Below are positions 63,906 to 64,000 of a DNA stretch of 64,000 bases, piece after piece. Position 1 is the first letter of the stretch. Every line of letters starts with the position of its first letter. The DNA comes from Dehalococcoidia bacterium. Its GTDB lineage: Bacteria; Chloroflexota; Dehalococcoidia; SM23-28-2; RBG-16-64-32. Where the stretch lies: the NCBI GenBank assembly GCA_963665775.2, contig CAXXTF010000002.1, forward strand, positions 1,152,001-1,216,000, read 5' to 3'. The position numbers and the translations under genes are program-made. Below the pieces are notes generated by a model, which did not search any database, was not told the DNA's origin, and saw only the letters and a list, made by a program, of their open reading frames with translations.

Positions 63906-64000
63906 GTGAAACCCCGCGACAGCATGACCAACGGGCGCTTCCAGCCCTGCCTCAACGGCCAGCTGGAATACCTTCTAGCCGCTGCGGAGCGCACCAATAT
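63906..64000 (+). pseudogene. 5' part of a NadM-like nucleotidyltransferase with a degenerate HxGH motif (partial)
   Basis: MTNGRFQPCLNGQLEYLLAAAER versus the family pattern GRFQPFHNGHLEYL. Confidence 0.4.

Overview
GC-rich bacterial chromosome segment, most likely Chloroflexota/Dehalococcoidia. This is inferred from Tat-lipoprotein ABC binding proteins, a dockerin-like repeat protein, Pro/Thr-linker lipoproteins, the secG-SBP arrangement and expanded CoA-transferases. Layout: (1) 1-9.8 kb housekeeping genes (coaD, rsmD, greA, lysS, serS and others). (2) 10-20.5 kb catabolic module: an isochorismatase-fold protein with all three catalytic residues swapped (D/K/C to E/R/S), an Opp/Dpp-type ABC importer with no ATPase in the window, and two tandem, mosaic-similar Mo-bisPGD oxidoreductase catalytic subunits with no partner subunits. 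(3) tRNA-Ser(TGA) at 20996-21085 marks an integration hotspot carrying three tyrosine-recombinase remnants, small cargo genes, an IS1380, and a compact satellite-like integrative element (HTH, putative ori, Zn-finger/AAA_25 Rep, Xis, CGNR-Zn-finger protein, integrase). (4) 30.6-35.6 kb accessory genes. (5) 36-51.8 kb acyl-CoA catabolic cluster: three family III CoA-transferases, DUF35 plus a Cys-less thiolase, a family I CoA-transferase and a heteromeric ACAD pair. (6) 52-64 kb housekeeping genes (gatB, yvcK, secG, fmt, rplY, nth) ending in a selenocysteine-containing selD whose UGA and SECIS the ORF track missed. No CRISPR array or rRNA was seen. All calls come from manual motif recognition; no database searches were run.
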